64,000 nucleotides of DNA, from NCBI RefSeq assembly GCF_041146345.1, contig NW_027191415.1:620001-684000 (forward strand), given 5' to 3'. This stretch comes from Neodothiora populina (Eukaryota). Below, piece by piece: positions 10,912-22,158 of this stretch. A program made the position numbers and the translations under genes. How positions within the stretch are numbered: the stretch's first letter is position 1; each line of letters begins with the position of its first letter. The notes below the pieces were generated by a model. The model was not told where the DNA came from, searched no databases, and saw only the letters and a list, made by a program, of their open reading frames with translations.

Positions 10912-12810
10912 ATGTCTACTATCAGATCACAAGATTTCCAAGAGCAGCCAAGCCCGTCGAACGCAGATATCCTACAAGTGCACAATAACCCTGTCCAACA
11001 ACGAGAAGCAGAATACTTGAGTCGGGTCGAAAGTCATCATGGAGGTCGTGCAAGGGGCCCGAGTGTCATATCGCGAATGTCCACCACATCGTCGACCGAG
11101 ACGCATAGAGCCCGACGGCGATTCTCGCGCTCCAATACCGTGAAGCATGCATCTAGTCGGCCGACATGGAAGCCAGGCGCAGAGCCCGGAATTGACATTG
11201 ACAAGGTCGACGAAGAAGTCGCGCCGCATCTGGAGTCGCTACATGATAAATGTGATATAGTGATTGTCGACTACTCAAACGAACACATCGTCTCTGTCGA
11301 GGCTAGCAATGACAATTTACATGAAGTCCTCTCGGCCAGTCGGCCGCACAACATGCCGTGTCGGTGGATCAGTGTGAATGGCTTGAGTTGGGATGTCATC
11401 AAATCACTCGGCAATCACTACAATCTTCATCGACTAGCCATCGAGGATCTCATCAATGTCCGTACAAGGACCAAGGTGGACTGGTACTCGGACCATGCAT
11501 TCATAGTGCTCTCTTTGCAGAAGCTGGTGCAGTTACACACCCATCCTGACAGCCCGGATGAGCAATGTGACTGCTCCGAGGGGATGCACACGACCGTCGA
11601 TGATATCAAAGGTAGGCTACCAGAACCAGATCGACCATCTCGTTGGAAGATGCCTTTTATGAAAGAAAGAAAAGGGTCTGTGTTACCCGTCTTCGACAAT
11701 GAGAGCAAAGGATCATCACTGGACCAAGACGAGCGACCACTGAGACCGATTCGAACACTGCATAGATATGAAAGCAATCTGAACCCAGAACATACAGCGT
11801 TCATGGAGCAGAACTCGGCGTTGTCATCAGAAGGTCAAGTCGTCGCGGTAGAACAGGTTGCTATCTTCCTGATGGCCAACAATACGTGTATATCTTTCTT
11901 CGAGAATTCGGCTTCGGATGTAGAAGAACCCATACTCGAGCGACTGCGAAGTCAGGCAACAATGCTTCGTCGGAGCGAAGATGCATCTCTTATTATGCAA
12001 GCCATTATCGACGCCATTGTTGACTTGGCGATACCGGTCAAGGAAGCTTACAACACAGCACGAAAGGAGCTGCAGATTGATGTTCTCAACAATCCATCGA
12101 TGAAAGTGTCAAAAGCCTTGCATATCTTCACCGAGGAGATCGATATGATCCAGAATCTGTTCAAGCCGATTGTCAATCTGGTCAACTCGCTTCGCGATCA
12201 CAATTCGCAACCTTTCATCGGTCCAGCTTCGAAACTATTGTCCGTGGGCGCATCTCAGACATCCCGACCGTCATCGGGTAATGGTGGCGGAAGCCTACGA
12301 CCACGCGCACTAAAGCGAAACGAGACATCGACCAGCGTAGAAATCACACCAATTGCTCATGTATATCTGGGTGATGTACTAGATCATTGTTTGACAATCA
12401 TTCAATCGCTCGAGCAGATGGATGCCTCGGCTAACAACCTGTCGAATCTGATGTTCAATACCATATCTGCCAACACGAACAATTTTATGATGATAATCGC
12501 ACTTGGTGAGCATAATTTGCATTGCTTGGCAAATACGAGGAATTAGTCTAACGAACTCATAGTCACCGTATTCTTCTCCCCTTTGACCTTTATCACGGGT
12601 TATTTTGGAATGAATTTTTCGCGGCAGGACGCAACACAGCTTCACAGCGATGCCTTTTTCTGGTATGTCGCCGTACCGACCACGATCGTCTTTATCGTTC
12701 TCGTCGGCGGCCAGGTGATATATCGTGCCGTCTCAAGCTTCTTCGCGCGACTGCATGTACGAAAGGTGCGGAGACGAGGACGCGCAAGGCGCGCAAGCAA
12801 TAGACACTGA
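10912..12810 (+). CDS. CorA-family Mg2+/divalent cation transporter; exons 10912-12505, 12563-12810
   Basis: Motifs RWISVNGL and LHRLAIEDL; after splicing a 57-nt GTGAG..CTAAC..TAG intron, [19 protein letters not shown] (GMN signature) plus a second TM helix. Confidence 0.9.
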
Positions 12811-13650
12811 TCGGCTTTGGGAGATGTTGGATGGTGAACAGTACACGGAGTAGCCCTCGACACATGGGCCAGCATCAGACTTGTTGTCATGAACGCGACG
12901 AACATGCTCCACAGTAGGCGGGGTCAATCATATAATTACAGAGCGGGCGAGCCTTTTGTATCTGTCACAATACGTCGCCTCATGATGGACGAGGATTTGA
13001 TTGTGTACAGAGCTTGCTGTACATTATGCATGATTACGATTAGAGTGGAGATAGCAGTATCGAGATATAACATCAGCTGAGGCATGTGATTGGAGCTGGG
13101 ATTGGCACTATAGAGGAGGTTACCTGCAAATAGTCCAGACTTGGTGACTGCCCTGGACATATGCGTCGGAGAAGAGAGTGGAAGTCAACGTACAGCAAGA
13201 CATACCTTACGTATAGTCGACGAAACAAGTACTGCACGATGGTGTGTATAGCAACGATGTACTTTGTAGTTGAAGCGACCGAAATGCAAGAAAGAGTTGG
13301 CCCAAGCTTCAAGTCGACTGTCCCGTTCATTCACTTTCAGCCACCGAAGGCCTCGGCGCGTGACGATATCAACGTCAAGTCGGGAAACAACGCAGACAAC
13401 ACACCGTCATTTATCTATACGATAATCCATGCGAATCACATCTGTCCAAACAGTAAACAATACAGCGACTTCTTACAATCAGGAAAATCATTTGTCGCTA
13501 CACTTGTTCTGGTTTGCCAATCACGCATACCCACCATCTGGACCTTGGCCGCACGCACGTGGCTACTACACACACCGAGACAGTCAACGGATTAGAGGCA
13601 ACTCTGTCCTCTCGATTGTACATTTACCGACCACTTGAAACATCGCAAAC

Positions 13651-14634
13651 ATGTCTTCCAGAAAGAAGGTTCTATTGAAGGTGCGGCGCAGCAGTTCTAT
13701 CCGCTCGGAACCTCGATTGAGTGGCAGAGGTCAAGAATCATGATACTGAACCCGGGAACAGGTCATCATCCTCGGCGACAGCGGTGTCGGAAAGACCAGT
13801 CTGATGAACCAATTTGTAAATTCCATCGTCCCCTCTTAGCTTTGCTCTTTGCTATGCGAGCCATGGTCCACGACAAGGCTCGCGCTGCGACAGATACTTG
13901 ATTGCTGATGGGCGCTGTTTTCGGAACATATAGGTCAACAAGAAGTTCAGCGCAAGCTACAAGGCCACGATCGGCGCCGATTTCCTTACCAAGGAGGTTC
14001 TCGTGGATGACAGATTAGTCACAATGCAGGTGCGCGCATACTCCTTCCCTCCTCCGAGTCAAGCCAGAGGGACTCTCCTCCGTGGTGCAGACGTAAAGAG
14101 CAACAGAACGAGAAAATAAGCTGACACAAAACACCAAAGCTTTGGGATACCGCAGGTCAAGAGCGATTCCAGTCCTTGGGCGTAGCCTTCTACCGCGGCG
14201 CCGACTGCTGCGTCCTCGTCTACGACGTCAACAACTCAAAGTCCTTTGACACGCTCGACAGCTGGCGAGACGAGTTTCTGATCCAAGCCAGCCCGATGGA
14301 CCCAGAGAGTTTCCCATTCGTGAGTCCAGCCCACAGTCCCCTTACCCAAGTACCTTTTCCTCACAACACAAAACAGGTCGTGCTAGGCAACAAGGTCGAC
14401 GTGGAAGAAAGCAAGCGCATGGTCCCCTCGAAGCGCGCAATGGCCTTTTGCCAATCCAAAGGCGGCATCCCGTACTTCGAGACGAGCGCAAAGGAAGCCA
14501 TCAACGTCGAGCAGGCCTTTGAGGTGATTGCGCGAAACGCCCTCGCCCAGGAAGAGGCTCAGGACTTCAACCCGGACTTCCCGGAGACGATCCCCATCAC
14601 CTTCGACGAGGGCAGCAGTGGTTGCGGTTGTTAA
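13651..14634 (+). CDS. YPT7: Rab7 GTPase; exons 13651-13680, 13762-13815, 13934-14029, 14140-14319, 14377-14634
   Basis: Spliced product [28 protein letters not shown]...YKATIGADF...WDTAGQERF...GNKVD...ETSAK with C-terminal CGC prenylation motif; four GT-AG introns. Confidence 0.96.
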
Positions 14635-15229
14635 GAAGAATTGGAGAAAGACGGGAAAAGAAATATCGGCGGATGAGCGAAGGGAGGTTTTTACTTTTTC
14701 TACTGGTGGGCAGAAGGGACGGATCGCTGTCCCCTCGTATATTTTATTTTTCATTGTTTTGTTGGATTTGTCTCATGAGGCGTTCTTTCCGTGTGGTTTT
14801 TCCCCCTTATTCCCTTCCTTTTTTTTGCCTACCAATCGTTCATTTCCAACGGGCAAGCGGAGTGGAGTAGAGTAGAGTGTGTAAATACATACATATCTCT
14901 CTATCATTTTTACTTGCTTGAAACAAAAAAAAAAGGCACGAGTTTTGTTTCTATGCGTCTTGTATGCTGATCTACATTCATTACAGCCTAGAACCTTGAT
15001 GTTCATGTGCATATCGATATCGCTAGAGCCATCAGATAGATATTCCAACACCTAATCAACTAACATCGCAGAGCTAAACCGTGGTAGTAAAAGTAAGGTG
15101 AACGCCATATACCAAAAGAGTAACCCAAATGTGAATACTTAATGAATCCAAGATGAGTTCCGACTGACTACATTGTGAATACTTAACACTTACTGGCTGC
15201 AGAGTGACTTTGAAGTATTCACAGAGTGA

Positions 15230-15631
15230 TTACAAAGTCCTACGCAACCTCAGAACAACCCTCCCTCTTCCTCCCTCTCGGTCCTGCCCTTGCCCCGTCG
15301 TTGTGGCCATCGATGCACGCCTGCTCGCCTCAGAAGGAGTGTGACCGATCAGACCATAGACCTGCTCCCATCTCTACTCAAGCAACTCCGTGTGCTGGGA
15401 TACAGCAACAGTCTGGCGGATCTCCTCGAGCTGCCGGTACAGGCTTCTGATTTGTGAAGAAGAAGAAGAAGAAGAAGAAGAAGAAGAAGAAGACGATGTG
15501 GTGGCTTGGAAGAGAAAATCTCTTCTGTAGAGGCGCTCTTTCCTTTTTCAGAATCAAGGCTTGAGTTGGACTTTGGACTGTGAGACGTATTCGGACGGAA
15601 GCGGCATGGCTTTCGCTCTGTAGGTAGTCAT
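15230..15631 (-). pseudogene. Possible decayed ORF (134 codons, 3 internal stops) inside a repeat-rich relic
   Basis: Single frame from ATG 15631 to TAA 15230: MTTYRAK...KP*F*KRKERLYRRDFLFQATT(S)n QIRSLYRQLEEIRQ...LLE*RWEQVYG... No family recognised. Confidence 0.25.
15456..15493. repeat. (GAA)12 microsatellite
   Basis: Perfect trinucleotide run. Confidence 0.95.
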
Positions 15632-16366
15632 CGAATATGCACTTTACACTTACTGAGCATTCACTTTTTTTTTCCGAAGAGCAGCTGACTCTGTAGTCAT
15701 GAGCCTTCACACTACATTTATTGAGCATTCGATTCAGCGTCACGGAGCATTCACGCTACAATCAATACAAAACGTGTTCCTGTGATGCTCAGTACATCCG
15801 ACACGGGACACTGTCAGCAACAGATTACCTCCTGATGCTACAGCCATCCAATTCCTTTTCAGGATCTGAAAATTTGATGGTTTTGTAGTTAATCGCTGAG
15901 CACCGCACTCTGTAGACAACTCAGGATGGAAGATGATAAGAGCCGCCTTAAGCATGCTGGAATATTTCTGAACTAAGAATTTGAAATTTTTTGGGGGGGG
16001 TAATGGATATACATAAGAGGCTAAGATAGGGTAGGGTAGGGTATCTTTCGTCTTTGGGCAAAGACGCTTGTCTACTTGTTTGGTATGTGTGATTGAGTAA
16101 GAACGTCAGGAGCGCCCTTTATATGTTGATGCAGTGTCGAGAGCCTTTTCCCCGAGATCAGTGGCGTCTCGGAAAGACGGGCAGATCATGATCGCAATTT
16201 CTGTGATTTGGAGCCTTTTGGTTCGTGTCATGTCGTGCCAGTCTCGCGATAGCAGCTTTCTGTGTCATGACATTCGGTGGTGACTAGTGGTAGCGAACCA
16301 TAGATGGTGGCTGGCGCTTGGAGTTGGATTCGGACTTGTGATCGGACAAAGTGGAAAACGGGGGCT

Positions 16367-18784
16367 CTATCCCTGTTCTCCCCGTGAAAGATCCAGCTGA
16401 GCGGTCCAGCTTGCGCCAAAGCTGACTTTCTCTCTATCTCTTAGTGCCACATTGACTCCAATGTCTACGACGATGACGTGCCACTGTGACCCTTCACCTT
16501 CCTTGACGGCTTCTAGCAGGCCGGATGTTGGTGCCGCAAGGGCGAGGACAGCTTCGGGTCTAACAGCTAGTGGCTCACCTTCAACGACGCTGGTGGTCCC
16601 GTCCATGGCGCTGAATCCTGACGGTATGTTGACGCTGACAACGCCGGCTCGACTGCGGTTTGCCCAGTCAATCATGTCTCGTACTTCCGCCTGCTGCTCA
16701 GCGCTCTGCACCTCTGAATGTTTTTGGCCGTCTAAGAGTGCGTCAACAATAACTGCTGGGGGTCCTTCGAGGCGCTTCAAATGGCCCGAAGTGCTGCGCC
16801 AGCCCTCGATCCTTGCGGCTTTTCTTCCCAAAGCCTGCAATGACTGGATCTGTGTCGCTAATTGCGGATGCCACACGCTGGGGTTGGAGAAATCAAGCAC
16901 AGAGATCAAGACTCGGAAGCCACGACCATAAATGTGTCGAGCGCTGGCGATTGCTCTCGCGCCTGCGAGATGGTTGCCCGCCAAGATGGTAACGACAGGC
17001 TTGTGAGCGCCGTGTCCGTTTACGACACCAGGCGCGGCTTTGGAGCTCCGTCGGCTCGGCGCAGTCCTAAGCGCGCTCTCGAGAACGGTGTCGGCAATCC
17101 CACGTGCGGCGCCTTCGGTCAGAGCATCTGCACTGATTTTGATATTTGCGACTGCTTCGGCCTCAATATGACGCAATCGATGCGGAGAAAACACAGAGCA
17201 GGGTTGGCCGCTTGCTCGTATGCGGAAGTGCGGGCCTTGCTGCTGTTCAAGACTCAACTGCTCTAGAGCATGCACTGGCGAGCGGATCGAAGCAGGAGAG
17301 CGGGTGCGATTTGGGTTTGGTGATGTCGAGATGGCCGACGATGTGGCGTGCAGATTTGCATTTCGTAGAGAGCTCACAGAACGGTTGAAAGCAGTAGAGG
17401 CAAAAGAAGCACTTAGCGGATGCTGGTGTTCTTCAGGCATGTTACTGTTGCTTCTGCGAGGAGGTCGCTTGCCCGACGAGCGAGACATTGCGCGTCGCGA
17501 GTTCTGACCACTTCCGTAATTGAGTTCTGTATCAGCGTCTGAGGTAGATTCCAGCAACTCCTGGCTGTCATGCTGCGGTTTCAGCTGAGGCGAGAGCACA
17601 TTTTCCGTAGGATGCAGGTTCTTGCCGCCATTAGTTCCAGGACGAGCCAGTCTATTGTGACTGACAAGTCTATCTTCATCAGCAGTCGTGTCCTCGTTTC
17701 GAATCTGATCGAAGACAGAGCGCTTGTCAAACTTGGACAAATTGGCGGCAAAGTCGAAGTCTCCCATATCCTGAATATCAGTGGCTTCCTCGGTCTGCCA
17801 ACCACTCTGGCCGTTCTGGATCTCCTGTGTTCTCTGCGGCTTCTTGGACTTCTTCTTGCTTTTAGCAGGATCAGGAGTGCCGACTTCCTTAAGTAGCGGT
17901 GTCGATCGCCAGCCCTTTTTGTTGTTGTTAGCAGGAGCAGCGTTCATGTCCTTGCCGCTTCGCGAGACATTTGGCGACAGAGGATCCTTAACAATCTGCG
18001 CCTCAGTAGCAGCGGCAACGACAGGGGGAGTGTTCTTTATGACGGGCTTGCGGCCTCTTCGAGCCTTCTTGCCTCCGTGCTGATCCAACTGCTGCTGTGC
18101 AACCTCGCCTTCCTCCTGCACTTCATCAGCAACATTCTCCGCAAAGAAATCTCGTGCTTGCTTCTTGGGCGCTTTTGCTGATGGCAGAACTTGTTTGGCA
18201 CTCTGTGGTGCATGCGCGACGAAGGGGGAAGTGTGGGGGTTGGTAGGAAGCTTTGCAGCCGCTGCTGCAAGCATGGCTTTGACAGGTGTCGATGGCGCAA
18301 CAGGCGCAGCAGGTGCAGAGGGTGCAGGATTCACAGGAGATGCAGTCGCAGGAGCTGCTTGAGAGACAGTTGGAGGCATTGGTTGAGATGGCGCCCGGTG
18401 TTGAATTGGAGGAGGGGCAATGCGAGAGGCCGGAGCAGGCGATTTGCCAACGCTCAGAATAGCAGGATCGACAAAGGCCTGTTTCCGCACCGATGGGCTC
18501 ACAGAAACGTCATGACCGACGGATACATGAGGAGCATGAGGAGCATGATGAGGAGTGGCGGGTTGAACATGGTGCATGACATTGGGGTTCACCACTTGGA
18601 GATCAGCAATGTTGGTCGCAGCCACATTCCACGCCGGCAGTCGTTCTCCAGTGGCGGGAAAGAAGACTTCCTGGAGGGCGAGTGTCTGGCCGAGGATGAC
18701 ATTGGTGACTTTTCCAATCAACACTGTGTTGGGTGGTTGCAGCAAAGTCACGCCGATGGTCATTCCGATGAACTTTTCCGCCAT
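16367..18784 (-). CDS. EDC3: Enhancer of mRNA decapping 3 (LSm + FDF + YjeF_N)
   Basis: N-terminal LSm-like segment, DIQDMGDFDFAANLSKFDK (FDF motif), and C-terminal YjeF_N domain (ILAGNH, VIVDALL, VDIG). Confidence 0.92.
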   Translation of the reverse strand: MAEKFIGMTIGVTLLQPPNTVLIGKVTNVILGQTLALQEVFFPATGERLPAWNVAATNIADLQVVNPNVMHHVQPATPHHAPHAPHVSVGHDVSVSPSVRKQAFVDPAILSVGKSPAPASRIAPPPIQHRAPSQPMPPTVSQAAPATASPVNPAPSAPAAPVAPSTPVKAMLAAAAAKLPTNPHTSPFVAHAPQSAKQVLPSAKAPKKQARDFFAENVADEVQEEGEVAQQQLDQHGGKKARRGRKPVIKNTPPVVAAATEAQIVKDPLSPNVSRSGKDMNAAPANNNKKGWRSTPLLKEVGTPDPAKSKKKSKKPQRTQEIQNGQSGWQTEEATDIQDMGDFDFAANLSKFDKRSVFDQIRNEDTTADEDRLVSHNRLARPGTNGGKNLHPTENVLSPQLKPQHDSQELLESTSDADTELNYGSGQNSRRAMSRSSGKRPPRRSNSNMPEEHQHPLSASFASTAFNRSVSSLRNANLHATSSAISTSPNPNRTRSPASIRSPVHALEQLSLEQQQGPHFRIRASGQPCSVFSPHRLRHIEAEAVANIKISADALTEGAARGIADTVLESALRTAPSRRSSKAAPGVVNGHGAHKPVVTILAGNHLAGARAIASARHIYGRGFRVLISVLDFSNPSVWHPQLATQIQSLQALGRKAARIEGWRSTSGHLKRLEGPPAVIVDALLDGQKHSEVQSAEQQAEVRDMIDWANRSRAGVVSVNIPSGFSAMDGTTSVVEGEPLAVRPEAVLALAAPTSGLLEAVKEGEGSQWHVIVVDIGVNVALRDREKVSFGASWTAQLDLSRGEQG

Positions 18785-19785
18785 ATTTGGCAGTCGCGCC
18801 GTCGCGCACGACTTGTTGTGCCTCTGGAATGTCCAATCACTGGATGTTTAATCAGTGACAATTGTGCGTACTGTCGGATGAAGATGGTGTGGAGATGAGA
18901 TGTTCCAGTGCGGAAGAATCAAGAACAATGATTGATGATGATGTTCTGCTCTACACCGAGACACTTCTTCATGCAACCTGACGACTTCGACGCTTATCGA
19001 TAAGCCGCCTTGACGCTATTTTCACTTCAGCCGAAACTTAGAGACAACGTCAGCAGTCATTGTCACCCTTTCTGATGCTGAATTGACTTACACATCAAGA
19101 GCAGAAGAAGAAGTGTCACTCGAAAGTCATGTATCTGAAGTACTGATTCATCTCAGCGGTGGTCGTTATGACTAGCCTCCAGGACAATACCGTCATGATA
19201 TTGTGACACAAGGATGCATTACTCTGCATTACTCTGCATCATCACCACTCCTCAGGCTGATGGTATCGAATTCCTCTTCAGCATACCAGAAGATCTCGTC
19301 CGAGAGGATCTCGTTGACCAACTGAGGTTCACGTCTTGGTCCTGCCGTGATCTTGCCCTCCGAGCGTAGTTGTTTAAAAATATCCTGAATGCGATGTTTC
19401 TGGGCATCGGTGAGGCTGAAATAATCATGCTGGATCCGGATCTCTTGGACAATGAAAGGCAGAGTACATACAATTGATGCGCAGCTCTTTTTCCACGAAC
19501 AAGCATGTATGCTGCAGCCTTATCGAAGCAGTCGGCTACCTCTCTATCTCTATGCGATAGTGTGGAGGTAAGAAATGAAAAATGTTTGGAGAGGGGAGTT
19601 TATCTAGACTTAACGAGCTACACAATTGGACACTTCGGATTGATTTGATTCACGGAATCGCAGTGGTTAACTGAATTGAGAAGAATCTAATTAGAGATCC
19701 GTAGTCCCATGTGCACGAGACCACCATTCATGTCCCCCCAGCAAAAGGCAGTGCTGCACATGCATCACGGGGCGATCTAGTTCAC

Positions 19786-20809
19786 TTAGAGCTTGACTTC
19801 GCCCTTGTAGCCATCGATATGCATGAAGTTGGCTCTGAGAGCCGTGATGCTGGTCTGTCCTTGGGCGATAGCATAGCCATCATTGCCAGGTCCAGACTTC
19901 CTCACGCTCTCGAAGACGTCTTTGAAGGATGGTGCCCATTTGAAATGCCTTTTGGTCAAGTGCTCGTTAGGCTTGGCCTCTTCTTGATCGTTGACATCAC
20001 CGCCCTCTCTGCTCTCCTGTCTACGTAGGTCGTGCTCTTGGGTTGACGCATCCTGAACTGGCGCAGAGATTTCCTCAAAACAGCTTCCCTGTGTCCACTG
20101 GTTCTGGAGGATTTCGGTCCACATGGTAGGCGCAGACTCGACACCGTCCTTGACAGGCACATTGACGGTAAAGATGCGGCCTGCATCCCAGTCTCCGTTC
20201 TTGGCCAGGTGCTCGATGACTTTGACCGATTGTCTGCAGCTCTGTGCCACGATGTCGGGGTTATTCTCGCGGTCGAAGAAAGCAAACGAGACAGCGATGG
20301 CCTTGTAGCCAAGGACTGCCGCTTCGAGAGCTGCACCCATGGTGCCTGAGGAAAGTGCAAAGACAGCGGTAGTGTTGCGACCATAGTTGGGTCCGGATAC
20401 CACCAAATCGACAGGAGGTCTATCCTTGAAGAAATGGCTCAAGCCAAGCTGGGCGCAAGAAGCTGGTGTCGAATTGATCAGAACCCATGGCGCCTTACCC
20501 TCGCAGGCTGGGGCAGGAGAACCAACAGAGGGAGCACCATAAGGCACCTCTTTGCCGACGATGTCCTTGCCAACAAGATGAGCTTTACCAATCCACGAAC
20601 GCTGGTTGTCAGGCAAGATCACAGAGACCACATGTCCTGCGGCTTCCAGGTGCTGCACTAGTGGCAACACGTAAGGTGACGCCTCTGCCGATGGTGGGCC
20701 ATCGTCATTGGTGATCTGTGAGGGAATAATCAGTACGGACGTTCAGGAAGAGCATGATTCTCAGAGTCTCAAGATACAGATGGGACTGTCAGCGTACCAA
20801 GATATGCAT
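19786..20809 (-). CDS. SurE-family 5'/3'-nucleotidase / acid phosphatase; exons 20809-20798, 20715-19786
   Basis: Spliced start MHIL|ITNDDGPP, plus DLVVSGPNYGRN and SSGTMGAALEA SurE motifs; 82-nt GTACGC..CTGAT..CAG intron. Confidence 0.9.
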
Positions 20810-21411
20810 GATTTTTGTTGTGTTGATAAAGCACCAGAAGATCGATCAAACGAGCTTGTGACGTCGATAAGTCGTCTGGCCTTCCCCACTTCGGGCACTT
20901 CTTGGAAGCGGTTAGTGCGAGAAAGGGAGGCTTTTCCGGTATGAGCTGTAATCCTGCTCTCAACTCGGTATACCGTCAAGTGTAGAAGGCATGTAGTTCC
21001 AATGAAGATCAAGGAGTATAGACAGTCAGTAGAAGTAGAGCCAGATCGAAGTGAAGATGCAATGAATCAGAGGTGCCTTGACCGCGCCAAGCCCATGTCA
21101 TACGCTTCATTCCAACACTTATGATCACTCCAAGTAGGAGTAAAAATATGAGGACAGCCGCAGTCACACAGTGAAGGCTACAATTACCAAACGCCTTGAC
21201 TTAATTCTTCCTCACACACGCACCTCATGAGGGTTGATCACATCTGCATATTCAACATTAGGGGGTCTGGCGATTCCCTATCTACACAAAACTTCGCACG
21301 TGAACAGTCCGCAGATAGACGGACAGGAACTTGCTCGGATTAGTACATGTACCTGCATGAAGTCGCCGCAGGCTGCATCCTCGCGTTACACGGGTGTTTT
21401 TATATTTTGAC

Positions 21412-21474
21412 GTTGCACAGATGTCTTCTAGGGTTGCACAGATATCTTCTGGAGTTGCACAAGAGATCTCGAGA
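21412..21474. repeat. 21-bp tandem repeat, ~3 copies (GTTGCACAGATRTCTTCTRGR)
   Basis: Units start at 21412, 21433 and 21454. Confidence 0.8.
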
Positions 21475-21511
21475 TTAGTAACACCTTACAGGGGAGCTCG
21501 TCTCTGGCCAA

Positions 21512-21880
21512 TGACTCTTCATTGAATTGTCAACAGCTCCTCGGTAAATAGTTACTGACTCCCGAGTGGAAGATAGATGACTTCTCAATGAATAGTTGAT
21601 GACTCCATAACGAAGAGTCGATGATTGCTCATTATGCAGTCACTGACAACCTAGTACAATGGCTTCTTAATGAATAGTCGATGACTGCTTTATGAAAGAT
21701 CTACAATCCCTTGGTAAACAATCAATGACATTCCAATAAACGACCGTTGACTCCCTAGTGAATGGTCAGTAAATCTCCAACGAATGGTCAATGACTCCTC
21801 AATCAATCCCCAGTTAATGGTTGATGACTCTGGGATAAATGGTCGACGACTCTGTGGTGAATGCAGGTGGTCAATGACTA
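21512..21880. repeat. Degenerate 22-bp (2x11) minisatellite, ~16 units, consensus ~TGACTCCTCAA-TGAATRGTCRA
   Basis: Unit starts at 21512, 21534, 21556, 21578, 21600, 21622, 21644, 21660, 21682, 21704, 21726, 21748, 21770, 21792, 21825 and 21847. Confidence 0.85.
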
Positions 21881-22158
21881 GAAACAAGTCGCTTTGTACC
21901 TATGTACTGTATATAAGCCCTCGCTTAAAGGCTTGGCATTATGGTATAGGCTGAAATATAGTCCTTGCAGTGGTCAAGAAATATGGTGAACAACCATATT
22001 CAATGAAGATTATATTTTGATTGGTATGTGGTGTTTTGATTCTGTGCTCTGGACTGTATATGCAATATCCAGTTGCACCATCATGCTCTTCCCACCAAAA
22101 AGATAGCTAAGGTGAGATTCTCACCCGAATCACGAAGTCCGCGATCGAATTTATGCAT

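Noticed and set aside
16027..16041. Telomere-like (TAGGG)3
   Set aside because: Too short and not TTAGGG; an ordinary microsatellite.
19786..19797. Peroxisomal targeting signal at the SurE C-terminus (VKL)
   Set aside because: Non-canonical tripeptide; insufficient support from sequence alone.
21512..21880. CRISPR-like array
   Set aside because: Eukaryotic context; units are contiguous and degenerate, with no identical repeats, unique spacers or cas genes.
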